Shown here piece by piece: positions 42,341 to 55,900 of a DNA stretch of 64,000 nt. Origin of the DNA: Eledone cirrhosa (taxonomy: Eukaryota); assembly GCA_964016885.1 (NCBI GenBank), contig OZ024748.1, forward strand, positions 23,994,001-24,058,000, in the 5' to 3' direction. The position numbers and the translations under genes were made by a program. The notes beneath the pieces are model-generated. The model was not told where the DNA came from. It made no database searches and saw nothing but the letters and a program-made list of their open reading frames with translations. Each line of letters starts with the position of its first letter. Position 1 is the first letter of the stretch.

Positions 42341-42718
42341 TGGTGGCTGCCAACTCGTTTTCGAGTACGGCCACTACTTTATATTATCCATGTAGGAGAA
42401 CCCCTACTGATGCGCTGAAAGAGTGTGACTTTTCAGTCCAGCCAGCGACTGGTACAAACACTGGTACAAACACTACACCTGTGACAATTATTGACACATA
42501 GTGCTGGGCCCATGGTACCATGTGACAACAAGTGGAGAGAGATCTCCAGATATAAAGCAATGCCTGTGCCGTGAAGCTTTTATAGTGAGCAAAGGCACTG
42601 CACAAAGCCAGTCCCACTCTCTTAACCAAGATGATATTTACCAAAAAGAAGAACAAGTCTACATCATTGGATACCATCAGAGTTGCAGGTGTTATATCAG
42701 AGTTTTCCCTCTCCTAGA
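42341..42718 (-). mobile_element. Non-autonomous RTE-derived element copy within (CATA)n
   Basis: Homologous to 16567-16938, with a short internal duplication ACTGGTACAAAC. Confidence 0.75.
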
Positions 42719-42911
42719 TACATACATACATACATACATACATACATACATACATACATACATACATACATACATACATACGTACATACATACATACATA
42801 CACACACATATACAAATCATTGCTGGGATTTGGTGTCTTGTCAGTGTGGCATACACAAGACACCAAATCCCAGCAATGATTTGTAAGTATGTATGAGTGT
42901 GTGTGTGTGTA

Positions 42912-42952
<41 letters not shown>

Positions 42953-42975
42953 TCCGGGTTCAATCGGGGGTAACC

Positions 42976-43007
<32 letters not shown>

Positions 43008-43117
43008 CACACACATGGCAGTAATAGTCCCGTAGAAGCTATTTCTATATTAAATTTGTATATACTCTACTAATGTATTGAGTACCTTACTTACTGTGAT
43101 TACCCCAATAGAACCCG

Positions 43118-43203
<86 letters not shown>

Positions 43204-43356
43204 CAGTGAAGTTGCCATGTCCATGACAATTGCCACTTTGACAAACATCCCCCTCTCCCTCCACGACACTTTTGAGGCGTCTGACCATGTATATGTAAGA
43301 CGGGGTCCTAACGAGGAGGAAGATCAGGCCGGATGGATAGTGGACAGTGGATAGAC

Positions 43357-43435
<79 letters not shown>

Positions 43436-43557
43436 GACCAGTGACAGGACTAGCTACAATACAGATTAAAAACAGCTTAAAAATAGAACAATAATAACTG
43501 TGAGTGTAGCTAAATGCTAGGTCACACGTCGCTTGAGCCGTAGTTGTAAGGACTAGA

Positions 43558-45062
43558 GTGGTGGAGGGTTGGAGTTGTTGGTGGTGGTGGTGGTGGTGTT
43601 GGTCTTGTTGGTGGTGGTGTTGGAGGGGGTGTTGGTGGTGTTGGTCTTGTTGGTGGAGGTGTTGGTGTGGTGGAGGGTTGGAGTTGTTGGTGGTGGTGGT
43701 GGTGGTGGTGGTGTGGTGGAGGGGGTGTTGGTGGTGTTGGTCTTGTTGGTGGTGGTGTTGGAGGGTTTTGAGGGGGTGGTGGTGGTTTTTGGTCTTGTTG
43801 GTGGTGGTGTTGGTGTGGTGGAGGGGGTGTTGGTGGTGTTGGTCTTGTTGGTGGTGGTGTTGGTGTGGTGGAGGGTTGGAGTTGTTGGTGGTGGTGGTGG
43901 TGTTGGTCTTGTTGGTGGTGGTGTTGATGTGGTGGAGGGTTGGAGTTGTTGGTGGTGGTGGTGGTGTTGGTCTTGTTGGTGGTGGTGTTGGTGTGGTGGA
44001 GGGTTGGAGTTGTTGGTGGTGTTGGTGGTGTTGGTCTTGTTGGTGGAGGTGTTGGAGGGTGTTGGAGGGGGTGTTGGTGGTGTTGGTCTTGTTGGTGGAG
44101 GTGTTGGTGTGGTGGAGGGTTGGTGTTGTTGGTGGTGGTGGTGGTGTTGGTGTGGTGGAGGGTTGGAGTTGTTGGTGGTAGTGGTGGTGTTGGTCTTGTT
44201 GGTGGTGGTGGTGGTGTGGTGGAGGGTTGGAGTTGTTGGTGGTGTTGGTGGTGTTGGTCTTGTTGGTGGTGGTGTTGGTGTGGTGGAGGGTTGGAGTTGT
44301 TGGTGGTGGTGGTGGTGTTGGTGGTGGTGTTGGTGTGGTGGAGGGTTGGAGTTGTTGGTGGTGGTGGTGGTGGTGTTGGTCTTGTTGGTGGTGGTGTTGG
44401 TGTGGTGGAGGGTTGGAGTTGTTGTTGGTGTTGTTGGAGGGGGTGTTAGTGGTGTCGTTGATGTTGTTGGAGTTGTTGTTTTGGAGTTGTTGGTGGTGGT
44501 GTTGGTGGTGGTGTTGTTGGTGTTGGTATTGGTGGTGGTGTTGATGTTGGTGTTGGTGGTGGTGGTGGTGTTGTTGGTGTTGGTATTGGTGGTGGTGTTG
44601 GTGTTGGTGTTGTTGGTGTTGGTATTGGTGGTGGTGTTGAAGTTGGTGTTGGTGGTGGTGGTGGTGTTGTTGGTGTTGGTATTGGTGGTGGTGTTGGTGT
44701 TGGTGTTGTTGGTGTTGGTATTGGTGGTGGTGTTAATGTTGGTGTTGGTGGTGGTGGTGGTGTTGTTGGTGTTGGTATTGGTGGTGGTGGTGGTGTTGTT
44801 GGTGTTGGTATTGGTGGTGGTGTTGGTGTTGGTGTTGGTGGTGGTGGTGGTGTTGTTGGTGTTGGTATTGGTGGTGGTGGTGTTGTTGGTGTTGGTATTG
44901 GTGGTGGTGTTGGTGTTGGTGTTGGTGGTGGTGGTGGTGTTGTTGGTGTTGGTATTGGTGGTGGTGTTGGTGTTGGTGTTGTTGGTGGTGGTGTGGTGGT
45001 GGTGGTGGTGGAGTTACTATTGTTGGAGTTGTTGTTGGTGGTGGTGGTGGTGTTGTTGGTGG
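43558..45062. repeat. Complex (GGT/TGT)n low-complexity array
   Basis: Direct reading. Confidence 0.95.
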
Positions 45063-45140
45063 AGTGAGGGGCAATGAAGATAGTAATGATAGTGTAGTGA
45101 TGATACGAATGTTAGGCGTGTTGTTAACGACGGCAGTGGC

Positions 45141-45215
<75 letters not shown>

Positions 45216-45292
45216 CAACAGCAAAGTTCATTGCCCAGTTGATATGGCGATGACGATAATGATGATGATGATGATGATGACGATGACGATGT

Positions 45293-45334
<42 letters not shown>

Positions 45335-45501
45335 CGATGACGTTGACGACGATGGCGACGATGGTGATGATAGTTGTGATGCTGGTAGCGGCGGTAGGTG
45401 GTGGGAGGTGAGAGGGAAAGGGCTCAGCGTTCGCTATTTACGGACGGTCAGAAACACAACAGCCACTCAGCTGTGTCCACTTCTACGCCTAAATATGTGC
45501 G

Positions 45502-45584
<83 letters not shown>

Positions 45585-45848
45585 GTGTGTGTATGGCTGT
45601 GCGTGTTTGAACGTGCGTGTATGTTTGCATGAGTGTGCACATTAATGTTTTAAGGACGACACACATACATATACACATACATACATACATACATACATAC
45701 ATACACACGTACATACATACATACATCTACACACACATACATGCGCACATACACACATACATACATATATACATACATATACACATACATACATACATAT
45801 ATACATACATATACACATACATACATACACATATACATACACACATAC

Positions 45849-45915
<67 letters not shown>

Positions 45916-46102
45916 TATATGTATACATGCATGTATGTATACACACTGTATGTCTGCGTGTTTGATTCTATGCATAGTCGAAAGAGAGTAGGATAGAATG
46001 CCTTGCGGTATTTTTTCGGTTCTTGGCGCCCGGAATTTCCTTTCTCCAGAATTGGAGAAGGATGCTGCAAGGGGTCAGTCATTGTTGACTATATATATGT
46101 GT

Positions 46103-46258
46103 GGCTATTTCTGGACTATTTAGTCCAGAAATAGCCGTCGAAACGGCTTGAGCTCTGCCGTCGGGGTCATACATTTTCCTAATACCCACTCTACTACCCT
46201 AAGTATTGAGTACTCTGGTGCGTTATGGTCCATCTGGTTCCTTACCACACCTCCTTCG

Positions 46259-46261
<3 letters not shown>
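46103..46261 (+). mobile_element. Family B copy with 5' hairpin and hammerhead 3' half
   Basis: GGCTATTTCTGGACT-ATTT-AGTCCAGAAATAGCC-GTC-GAAAC-GGCTTGAGCTCTGCC-GTC-GGGG. Confidence 0.7.
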
Positions 46262-46305
<44 letters not shown>

Positions 46306-46409
46306 CAAATAGAAATTACTTCTACAAGGCTAGCACATATTATATATATGTATGTATGTGTATGTGTGTATGTATGTATATACATATCTGTATGTGTGTG
46401 TAAATACAC

Positions 46410-46640
46410 ACTCCCATTTCATCATCTACAGCTGCCAACCCTTAGTTTGTAGGCGACTCCTCCGACAATTCTTCTGGATTTATCTCTATATTTCTATCTT
46501 CAATCCTGTTATCCCCATGAATTTATCCATCCATTTGCTTTCTTCAAGTTTTTCCTCTTGGATTTTATCCAAGAAGTTTTCCATTGACCAGCAATTTTCA
46601 TAGACCTCCAGTCCTTATGAAATGCCCCAAATATCTTAAG
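46410..46640 (-). mobile_element. Decayed RTE LINE 3' end
   Basis: Minus-strand LRYLGHFIRTGGL*KLLVNGKLLG*NPRGK resembles the RTE YFGH..R....GK+.G.R.RGR motif. Confidence 0.5.
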
Positions 46641-46789
46641 GTTTAATTTGTCTGTGTCTCTTACTCGACTACACTCAATTTCTATTTCGTCTAACGCTCG
46701 CTTACTAATATTTTATGAACGGTCCGTCGTCAGCGGTGTAAGTGCTAGGCTCGTGATGTTGCCGAACTCTAGGGAACTAATGTATTGGG

Positions 46790-47078
46790 CAGTCGTGGGC
46801 AACATGCGACCCTCGAAGCTTTCTAAATGGCTCGCCTAAGTCACCTAAGTGAAATCTTTCTGATTTTTTTTACCCCAACTTGTCAGTCGTAATTTATCTT
46901 TATATCATTTTTACGACCGAGGAAAAGAACGTGTACGAATTCTGAAGAAACAACTTAAAACAACCTGAGTTATCGCCCTTTTTTAATGTGGGTATGAATG
47001 TAAATTAGCGCTTGCGTCCGCCTGATGATGGTCCATATCTCATGCGGCCTTCTTCTCGAAAAAGGTTGTCCATGCCTG
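46790..47078. mobile_element. hAT-type MITE
   Basis: TIRs CAGTCGTGGGCAAC / GTTGTCCATGCCTG, with 8-bp TSD GTATTGGG / GTATAGGG. Confidence 0.7.
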
Positions 47079-47156
47079 GTATAGGGTTTTAACAATGGCA
47101 GGGCTCAAGTCTATGGTGTCGAATTAGGGAAACATATACCTAATGTTATTTCTAAT

Positions 47157-47393
47157 ATTTGTTTCTACTTTAGGCACAAGGCCAGCAATTACCCAGTTCA
47201 TTACTGGTACTAATATTGTTTCAACTTTTGGCACAAGGCCAACAATTACCCCCAGTACATTACTGGTACTTTATTTTATCGACCCCGTAAGGATGAAAGG
47301 CAAAGTTAACCTCGGCGAGATTTGAACTCAGTTCTAAAGGTCCATAACTCTATGCTGCAAAGCATGGTGTCTGATGCTCTACCGATACTGCCA
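47157..47393 (-). mobile_element. tRNA-derived SINE with duplicated 3' end
   Basis: Reverse complement of the 39311/63098 family. GGCACAAGGCCA.CAATTACCC occurs twice. Confidence 0.8.
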
Positions 47394-48465
47394 ATCGATA
47401 AACAAACTTACAAATATATTGATGTGGTTGTGGGGAGTTTTATACTCATAACCGTTTATGTCCAATGAAACCAAGTTAAACCCCGGCCTAAGAAGCTTCT
47501 GGACTTGAGACATATTTTAACTTCTCTACTATTTTGCCTTTTTTCTGTCTAGCTGATTTTTATCATTTTTCTATAACATTAAACTTGGATGAAAACTGTT
47601 TTTCTATTATGTTTTCTTCTTAAATGTCCATTCAAACCCGTACGTTGCCATTGCAAATATCAAATGCAATAAATTTCAACTTGGTCTGTATATATTTATT
47701 CATGTATTTTTTCTCTCAAATCCACAATAAAGAGATAATGAGAGAGTTTATAGTTAGAGTTCTTTTTTATTTCTTTGCTGTCAACATTAGATTTTAATCA
47801 TACTTCCATGATAGCTAAACTTTGACACTTTCGTTATTAATTATTCTAGGATTATCTTCATCATATGTTCTTGAGATAATCATTGATCCAGTTTTGAAAA
47901 AAATTAATCAACAAACCACATTCTTCACATTTTTTTGTTTTACTTCACTTTCTTCAAAACCATCAATTCTTTTAAGAAAACAGTAATATCATGGGCATAT
48001 CTGAGATTGGAGACCGACCATCGATTTTAACCCTTTCCTTACCATATTTCTTATGGAAGACAATGATAATGTTAAAATATTTTTGAAAATAATCAAAATT
48101 TGAATCGATTTTTAATAAAACTAAGTTTTTCATTATTGTGGTGGTGTTTGGAACATCAATTAAGAAAGGGTCTTATATAAAATTATGATGGAAGATTTTT
48201 AGATAAATATAAAGACTTTGAAATAAACAGCTTTGTATTGTAGAACCAGGGCAGTTAACTGAACATGAAAAACCTTGTAGATTCCTCATTGCAGTTTCTG
48301 TAACAGCGAAGACAGGCACTCACTTGCCGTGACATTTATTCAATTTTAAACAACACTGTAAAGCCTATATTAGTTTTTCAAAATATACCTGATAGGTTTG
48401 TGGTCAAGTCCGGAGGCAATGCCTTCACTATCTTGTCGGCCGGATGACCATTGAACAGTGAGTGG

Positions 48466-48508
<43 letters not shown>

Positions 48509-48789
48509 ATACACATACTCACCAAATCTGTCAACTCTCCCCGTCGGAGTGGGGAGATCTCCCACCCACTTTCGGGTGGGTGAGAGATGTCTTCTCTTGT
48601 GAAAATGGGTACAGCTTTCATTACGGGGTCGATAAAATAAAGTACCAGTAATGCACTGGGTAATTGCTGGCCTTGTGCCAAAAAGTAGAAACAATTATGT
48701 AAAATCTCCCCATTTTGTCTCATTTCTTCCCCGTTTTGGGGCTCCTTTTTTCATAGTACTCTCCCTTTAGGCTTTTAAAGGTTGGCAGA

Positions 48790-48896
<107 letters not shown>

Positions 48897-49296
48897 ACAC
48901 ACACACACTATAAACAGGCTATAATGAAGTGTCTGACAGTTGCAGAGGAGGAAATGACTTCAATAATTCTATAAAATAGCCAGTAAATCCTATTTACAAT
49001 CAGTCATAATTCATCGTTAATTTTTTAATAATTAATCCCACCAATAAATAATTCTTTATTGTGTTCAATAGTTTTCTCTATATTGATCTCTACTAACTGT
49101 AGCAGTGGCTATTTCTTGGCTCTGATATCACAAATATTTCTCACAGAAAATATAATCATTCTCTCTTATATACACACATATATACAATTCTTACTTTATA
49201 TTATGTCTATCACACACTCAACTGTGTTCCCTGTATATACTCACTCGTTTATATATACACACTTACCCAGTCATCTCCACCACGATCACCACCACC

Positions 49297-49327
<31 letters not shown>

Positions 49328-49389
49328 CCATCATTATCTACACACCACCATCACCACTATCATCACCACTGCCACCATCACCGAGGCCG

Positions 49390-49843
49390 GTAATGGCAGT
49401 GATGGTGATGGTGGTGGTGCCGCAGTAGTGGTGGCAATGGTTCTAGTGGTGGTAGTGGTGGTGGTGGTGATGGTGGTGGTGGTGGTGGTGGTGGTGGTGA
49501 TGTCGGTGGTGATGGCAGTGGTGGTGGTGGTGGTGGTGGTGGCAGTGGTGAAGGTGGTGGCAGTGGTGAAGGTGGTGGTGGTGGTGGTGGTGGCAGTGGT
49601 GGTGGTGGTGGTGGTGGTGGCAGTGGTGAAGGTGGTGGTGGTGGTGGTGGCAGTGGTGGCAGTGGTGGTGGTGGTGGTGGTGGTGGTAGTAGTAGTAGTG
49701 GTGGTGGTGGTGGTGGTGGCAGTGGTGGTGGTGGTGGTGGTGGCAGTGGTGGAGGTGGTGGTGGTGGTGGTGGTGGTGGTAGTAGTAGTAGTGGTGGTGG
49801 TGGTGGTGGTGGCAGTGGTGGTGGTGGTGGTGGTAGTAGTAGT
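49390..49843. repeat. (GGT)n array with GCA/GTA/AAG interruptions
   Basis: Direct reading. Confidence 0.95.
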
Positions 49844-49994
49844 GAACCCATCGTTTAGTTGTCTCTCTTCACAGCGGCAGATGGTAAACGGGTCATGACA
49901 TTTGTTTTGGCAGCATATTTTGGCGGTGGTGGTGATGATGATGATGGCGGGGGTGGAGGTGGTAATGACGAATGAGTGGTGGGGGTTTATGGTA

Positions 49995-52900
49995 GTGGTG
50001 GTGGAGACAGTGGTGAGGATGATGGTAGTGGTGGTGGGGATGATGGTAGTGGTGGTGGAGACAGTGGTGGTGGAGATAGTGGTGGTGGAGACAGCGGTGG
50101 TGGAGACAGTGGTGGTGGAGAGAGCGGTGGTGGAGAGAGTGGTGGTGGAGAGAGCGGTGGTGGAGATAGTGGTGGTGGAGAGAGCGGTGGTGGAGAGAGC
50201 GGTGGTGGAGAGAGCGGTGGTGGAGATAGTGGTGGTGGAGACAGCGGTGGTGGAGACAGCGGTGGTGGAGATAGTGGTGGTGGAGATAGTGGTGGTGGAG
50301 ACAGCGGTGGTGGAGATAGTGGTGGTGGAGATAGTGGTGGTGGAGATAGTGGTGGTGGAGAGAGCGGTGGTGGAGATAGTGGTGGTGGAGATAGTGGTGG
50401 TGGAGATAGTGGTGGTGGAGAGAGCGGTGGTGGAGATAGTGGTGGTGGAGAGAGTGGTGGTGGAGATAGTGGTGGTGGAGATAGTGGTGGTGGAGACAGC
50501 GGTGGTGGAGATAGTGGTGGTGCAGATAGTGGTGGTGGAGATAGTGGTGGTGGAGATAGTGGTGGTGGAGATAGTGGTGGTGGAGATAGTGGTGGTGGAG
50601 ATAGTGGTGGTGGAGATAGTGGTGGTGGAGAGAGCGGTGGTGGAGATAGTGGTGGTGGAGACAGTGGTGGTGGAGAGAGCGGTGGTGGAGATAGTGGTGG
50701 TGGAGATAGTGGTGGTGGATATAGTGGTGGTGGAGAGAGTGGTGGTGGAGACAGCGGTGGTGGAGATAGTGGTGGTGGAGAGAGTGGTGGTGGAGATAGT
50801 GGTGGTGGAGATAGTGGTGGTGGAGATAGTGGTGGTGGAGAGAGTGGTGGTGGAGACAGCGGTGGTGGAGATAGTGGTGGTGGAGATAGTGGTGGTGGAG
50901 ACAGCGGTGGTGGAGATAGTGGTGGTGGAGATAGTGGTGGTGGAGACAGCGGTGGTGGAGAGAGTGGTGGTGGAGATAGTGGTGGTGGAGACAGCGGTGG
51001 TGGAGATAGTGGTGGTGGAGATAGTGGTGGTGGAGATAGTGGTGGTGGAGATAGTGGTGGTGGAGATAGTGGTGGTGGAGATAGTGGTGGTGGAGATAGT
51101 GGTGGTGGAGATAGTGGTGGTGGAGATAGTGGTGGTGGAGATAGTGGTGGTGGAGACAGTGGTGGTGGAGATAGTGGTGGTGGAGATAGTGGTGGTGGAG
51201 ACAGTGGTGGTGGAGATAGTGGTGGTGGAGAGAGTGGTGGTGGAGAGAGTGGTGGTGGAGATAGTGGTGGTGGAGATAGTGGTGGTGGAGAGAGCGGTGG
51301 TGGAGATAGTGGTGGTGGAGAGAGTGGTGGTGGAGATAGTGGTGGTGGAGAGAGCGGTGGTGGAGATAGTGGTGGTGGAGATAGTGGTGGTGGAGATAGT
51401 GGTGGTGGAGATAGTGGTGGTGGAGATAGTGGTGGTGGAGACAGTGGTGGTGGAGAGAGCGGTGGTGGAGATAGTGGTGGTGGAGATAGTGGTGGTGGAG
51501 ACAGTGGTGGTGGAGAGAGCGGTGGTGGAGATAGTGGTGGTGGAGAGAGTGGTGGTGGAGATAGTGGTGGTGGAGAGAGCGGTGGTGGAGATAGTGGTGG
51601 TGGAGAGAGTGGTGGTGGAGATAGTGGTGGTGGAGAGAGCGGTGGTGGAGATAGTGGTGGTGGAGATAGTGGTGGTGGAGATAGTGGTGGTGGAGATAGT
51701 GGTGGTGGAGAGAGCGGTGGTGGAGATAGTGGTGGTGGAGACAGTGGTGGTGGAGAGAGCGGTGGTGGAGATAGTGGTGGTGGAGATAGTGGTGGTGGAG
51801 ATAGTGGTGGTGGAGAGAGCGGTGGTGGAGACAGTGGTGGTGGAGAGAGCGGTGGTGGAGAGAGCGGTGGTGGAGATAGTGGTGGTGGAGAGAGCGGTGG
51901 TGGAGATAGTGGTGGTGGAGAGAGCGGTGGTGGAGACAGTGGTGGTGGAGATAGTGGTGCTGGAGAGAGTGGTGGTGGAGATAGTGGTGGTGGAGAGAGC
52001 GGTGGTGGAGACAGTGGTGGTGGAGAGAGTGGTGGTGGAGAGAGCGGTGGTGGAGATAGTGGTGGTGGAGAGAGCGGTGGTGGAGATAGTGGTGGTGGAG
52101 AGAGCGGTGGTGGAGACAGTGGTGGTGGAGACAGTGGTGGTGGAGAGAGCGGTGGTGGAGATAGTGGTGGTGGAGAGAGCGGTGGTGGAGATAGTGGTGG
52201 TGGAGAGAGCGGTGGTGGAGAGAGTGGTGGTGGAGAGAGTGGTGGTGGAGATAGCGGTGGTGGAGATAGTGGTGGTGGAGATAGTGGTGGTGGAGAGAGT
52301 GGTGGTGGAGATAGTGGTGGTGGAGACAGCGGTGGTGGAGACAGTGGTGGTGGAGATAGTGGTGGTGGAGATAGCGGTGGTGGAGATAGTGGTGGTGGAG
52401 ATAGTGGTGGTGGAGATAGTGGTGGTGGAGACAGCGGTGGTGGAGACAGTGGTGGTGGAGATAGTGGTGGTGGAGACAGCGGTGGTGGAGACAGTGGTGG
52501 TGGAGATAGTGGTGGTGGAGATAGTGGTGGTGGAGATAGCGGTGGTGGAGATAGTGGTGGTGGAGATAGTGGTGGTGGAGATAGTGGTGGTGGAGACAGC
52601 GGTGGTGGAGACAGTGGTGGTGGAGATAGTGGTGGTGGAGAGAGCGGTGGTGGAGACAGTGGTGGTGGAGACAGTGGTGGTGGAGAGAGCGGTGGTGGAG
52701 ATAGTGGTGGTGGAGAGAGCGGTGGTGGAGACAGTGGTGGTGGAGATAGTGGTGGTGGAGAGAGTGGTGGTGGAGAGAGCGGTGGTGGAGATAGTGGTGG
52801 TGGAGAGAGCGGTGGTGGAGACAGCGGTGGTGGAGATAGTGGTGGTGGAGATAGTGGTGGTGGAGAGAGCGGTGGTGGAGATAGTGGTGGTGGAGAGAGC

Positions 52901-55900
52901 GGTGGTGGAGATAGTGGTGGTGGAGAGAGCGGTGGTGGAGAGAGTGGTGGTGGAGAGAGCGGTGGTGGAGAGAGTGGTGGTGGAGAGAGCGGTGGTGGAG
53001 ATAGTGGTGGTGGAGAGAGCGGTGGTGGAGATAGTGGTGGTGGAGATAGTGGTGGTGGAGACAGCGGTGGTGGAGACAGTGGTGGTGGAGATAGTGGTGG
53101 TGGAGACAGCGGTGGTGGAGACAGTGGTGGTGGAGATAGTGGTGGTGGAGACAGCGGTGGTGGAGACAGTGGTGGTGGAGACAGTGGTGGTGGAGATAGT
53201 GGTGGTGGAGACAGCGGTGGTGGAGACAGTGGTGGTGGAGATAGTGGTGGTGGAGATAGTGGTGGTGGAGATAGTGGTGGTGGAGACAGTGGTGGTGGAG
53301 ATAGTGGTGGTGGAGAGAGCGGTGGTGGAGATAGCGGTGGTGGAGATAGTGGTGGTGGAGACAGCGGTGGTGGAGATAGTGGTGGTGGAGAGAGCGGTGG
53401 TGGAGACAGTGGTGGTGGAGACAGTGGTGGTGGAGAGAGCGGTGGTGGAGATAGTGGTGGTGGAGATAGTGGTGGTGGAGATAGTGGTGGTGGAGACAGC
53501 GGTGGTGGAGACAGTGGTGGTGGAGAGAGCGGTGGTGAAGACAGTGGTGGTGGAGATAGTGGTGGTGGAGAGAGTGGTGGTGGAGAGAGCGGTGGTGGAG
53601 ATAGTGGTGGTGGAGAGAGTGGTGGTGGAGAGAGCGGTGGTGGAGATAGTGGTGGTGGAGAGAGCGGTGGTGGAGATAGTGGTGGTGGAGAGAGCGGTGG
53701 TGGAGAGAGTGGTGGTGGAGAGAGCGGTGGTGGAGAGAGTGGTGGTGGAGAGAGCGGTGGTGGAGATAGTGGTGGTGGAGAGAGCGGTGGTGGAGATAGT
53801 GGTGGTGGAGATAGTGGTGGTGGAGATAGTGGTGGTGGAGAGAGCGGTGGTGGAGATAGTGGTGGTGGAGATAGTGGTGGTGGAGAGAGTGGTGGTGGAG
53901 AGAGTGGTGGTGGAGAGAGCGGTGGTGGAGATAGTGGTGGTGGAGAGAGCGGTGGTGGAGATAGTGGTGGTGGAGATAGTGGTGGTGGAGAGAGCGGTGG
54001 TGGAGATAGTGGTGGTGGAGATAGTGGTGGTGGAGATAGTGGTGGTGGAGAGAGCGGTGGTGGAGATAGTGGTGGTGGAGATAGTGGTGGTGGAGAGAGT
54101 GGTGGTGGAGATAGTGGTGGTGGAGATAGTGGTGGTGGAGATAGTGGTGGTGGAGATAGTGGTGGTGGAGAGAGTGGTGGTGGAGATAGTGGTGGTGGAG
54201 AGAGTGGTGGTGGAGACAGCGGTGGTGGAGATAGTGGTGGTGGAGAGAGTGGTGGTGGAGATAGTGGTGGTGGAGATAGTGGTGGTGGAGAGAGTGGTGG
54301 TGGAGATAGTGGTGGTGGAGATAGTGGTGGTGGAGATAGTGGTGGTGGAGATAGTGGTGGTGGAGACAGTGGTGGTGGAGACAGTGGTGGTGGAGAGAGC
54401 GGTGGTGGAGATAGTGGTGGTGGAGACAGCGGTGGTGGAGATAGTGGTGGTGGAGAGAGCGGTGGTGGAGACAGTGGTGGTGGAGACAGTGGTGGTGGAG
54501 AGAGCGGTGGTGGAGATAGTGGTGGTGGAGAGAGTGGTGGTGGAGATAGTGGTGGTGGAGATAGTGGTGGTGGAGAGAGTGGTGGTGGAGAGAGCGGTGG
54601 TGGAGATAGTGGTGGTGGAGAGAGCGGTGGTGGAGATAGTGGTGGTGGAGAGAGCGGTGGTGGAGAGAGCGGTGGTGGAGACAGTGGTGGTGGAGATAGT
54701 GGTGGTGGAGATAGTGGTGGTGGAGAGAGCGGTGGTGGAGATAGTGGTGGTGGAGATAGTGGTGGTGGAGATAGTGGTGGTGGAGATAGTGGTGGTGGAG
54801 AGAGCGGTGGTGGAGAGAGTGGTGGTGGAGATAGTGGTGGTGGAGATAGTGGTGGTGGAGAGAGCGGTGGTGGAGATAGTGGTGGTGGAGATAGTGGTGG
54901 TGGAGAGAGTGGTGGTGGAGAGAGTGGTGGTGGAGATAGTGGTGGTGGAGATAGTGGTGGTGGAGAGAGCGGTGGTGGAGATAGTGGTGGTGGAGATAGT
55001 GGTGGTGGAGATAGTGGTGGTGGAGAGAGCGGTGGTGGAGATAGTGGTGGTGGAGATAGTGGTGGTGGAGATAGTGGTGGTGGAGAGAGCGGTGGTGGAG
55101 ATAGTGGTGGTGGAGATAGTGGTGGTGGAGATAGTGGTGGTGGAGATAGTGGTGGTGGAGAGAGCGGTGGTGGAGAGAGTGGTGGTGGAGATAGTGGTGG
55201 TGGAGATAGTGGTGGTGGAGAGAGCGGTGGTGGAGATAGTGGTGGTGGAGATAGTGGTGGTGGAGATAGTGGTGGTGGAGAGAGCGGTGGTGGAGATAGT
55301 GGTGGTGGAGATAGTGGTGGTGGAGATAGTGGTGGTGGAGAGAGCGGTGGTGGAGATAGTGGTGGTGGAGATAGTGGTGGTGGAGATAGTGGTGGTGGAG
55401 ATAGTGGTGGTGGAGAGAGCGGTGGTGGAGAGAGTGGTGGTGGAGATAGTGGTGGTGGAGATAGTGGTGGTGGAGATAGTGGTGGTGGAGACAGCGGTGG
55501 TGGAGATAGTGGTGGTGGAGATAGTGGTGGTGGAGATAGTGGTGGTGGAGAGAGCGGTGGTGGAGATAGTGGTGGTGGAGATAGTGGTGGTGGAGAGAGT
55601 GGTGGTGGAGACAGCGGTGGTGGAGATAGTGGTGGTGGAGAGAGTGGTGGTGGAGATAGTGGTGGTGGAGATAGTGGTGGTGGAGATAGTGGTGGTGGAG
55701 ATAGTGGTGGTGGAGAGAGTGGTGGTGGAGAGAGCGGTGGTGGAGAGAGCGGTGGTGGAGAGAGTGGTGGTGGAGAGAGTGGTGGTGGAGAGAGCGGTGG
55801 TGGAGAGAGTGGTGGTGGAGAGAGCGGTGGTGGAGAGAGCGGTGGTGGAGATAGTGGTGGTGGATATAGTGGTGGTGGAGATAGTGGTGGTGGAGAGAGT

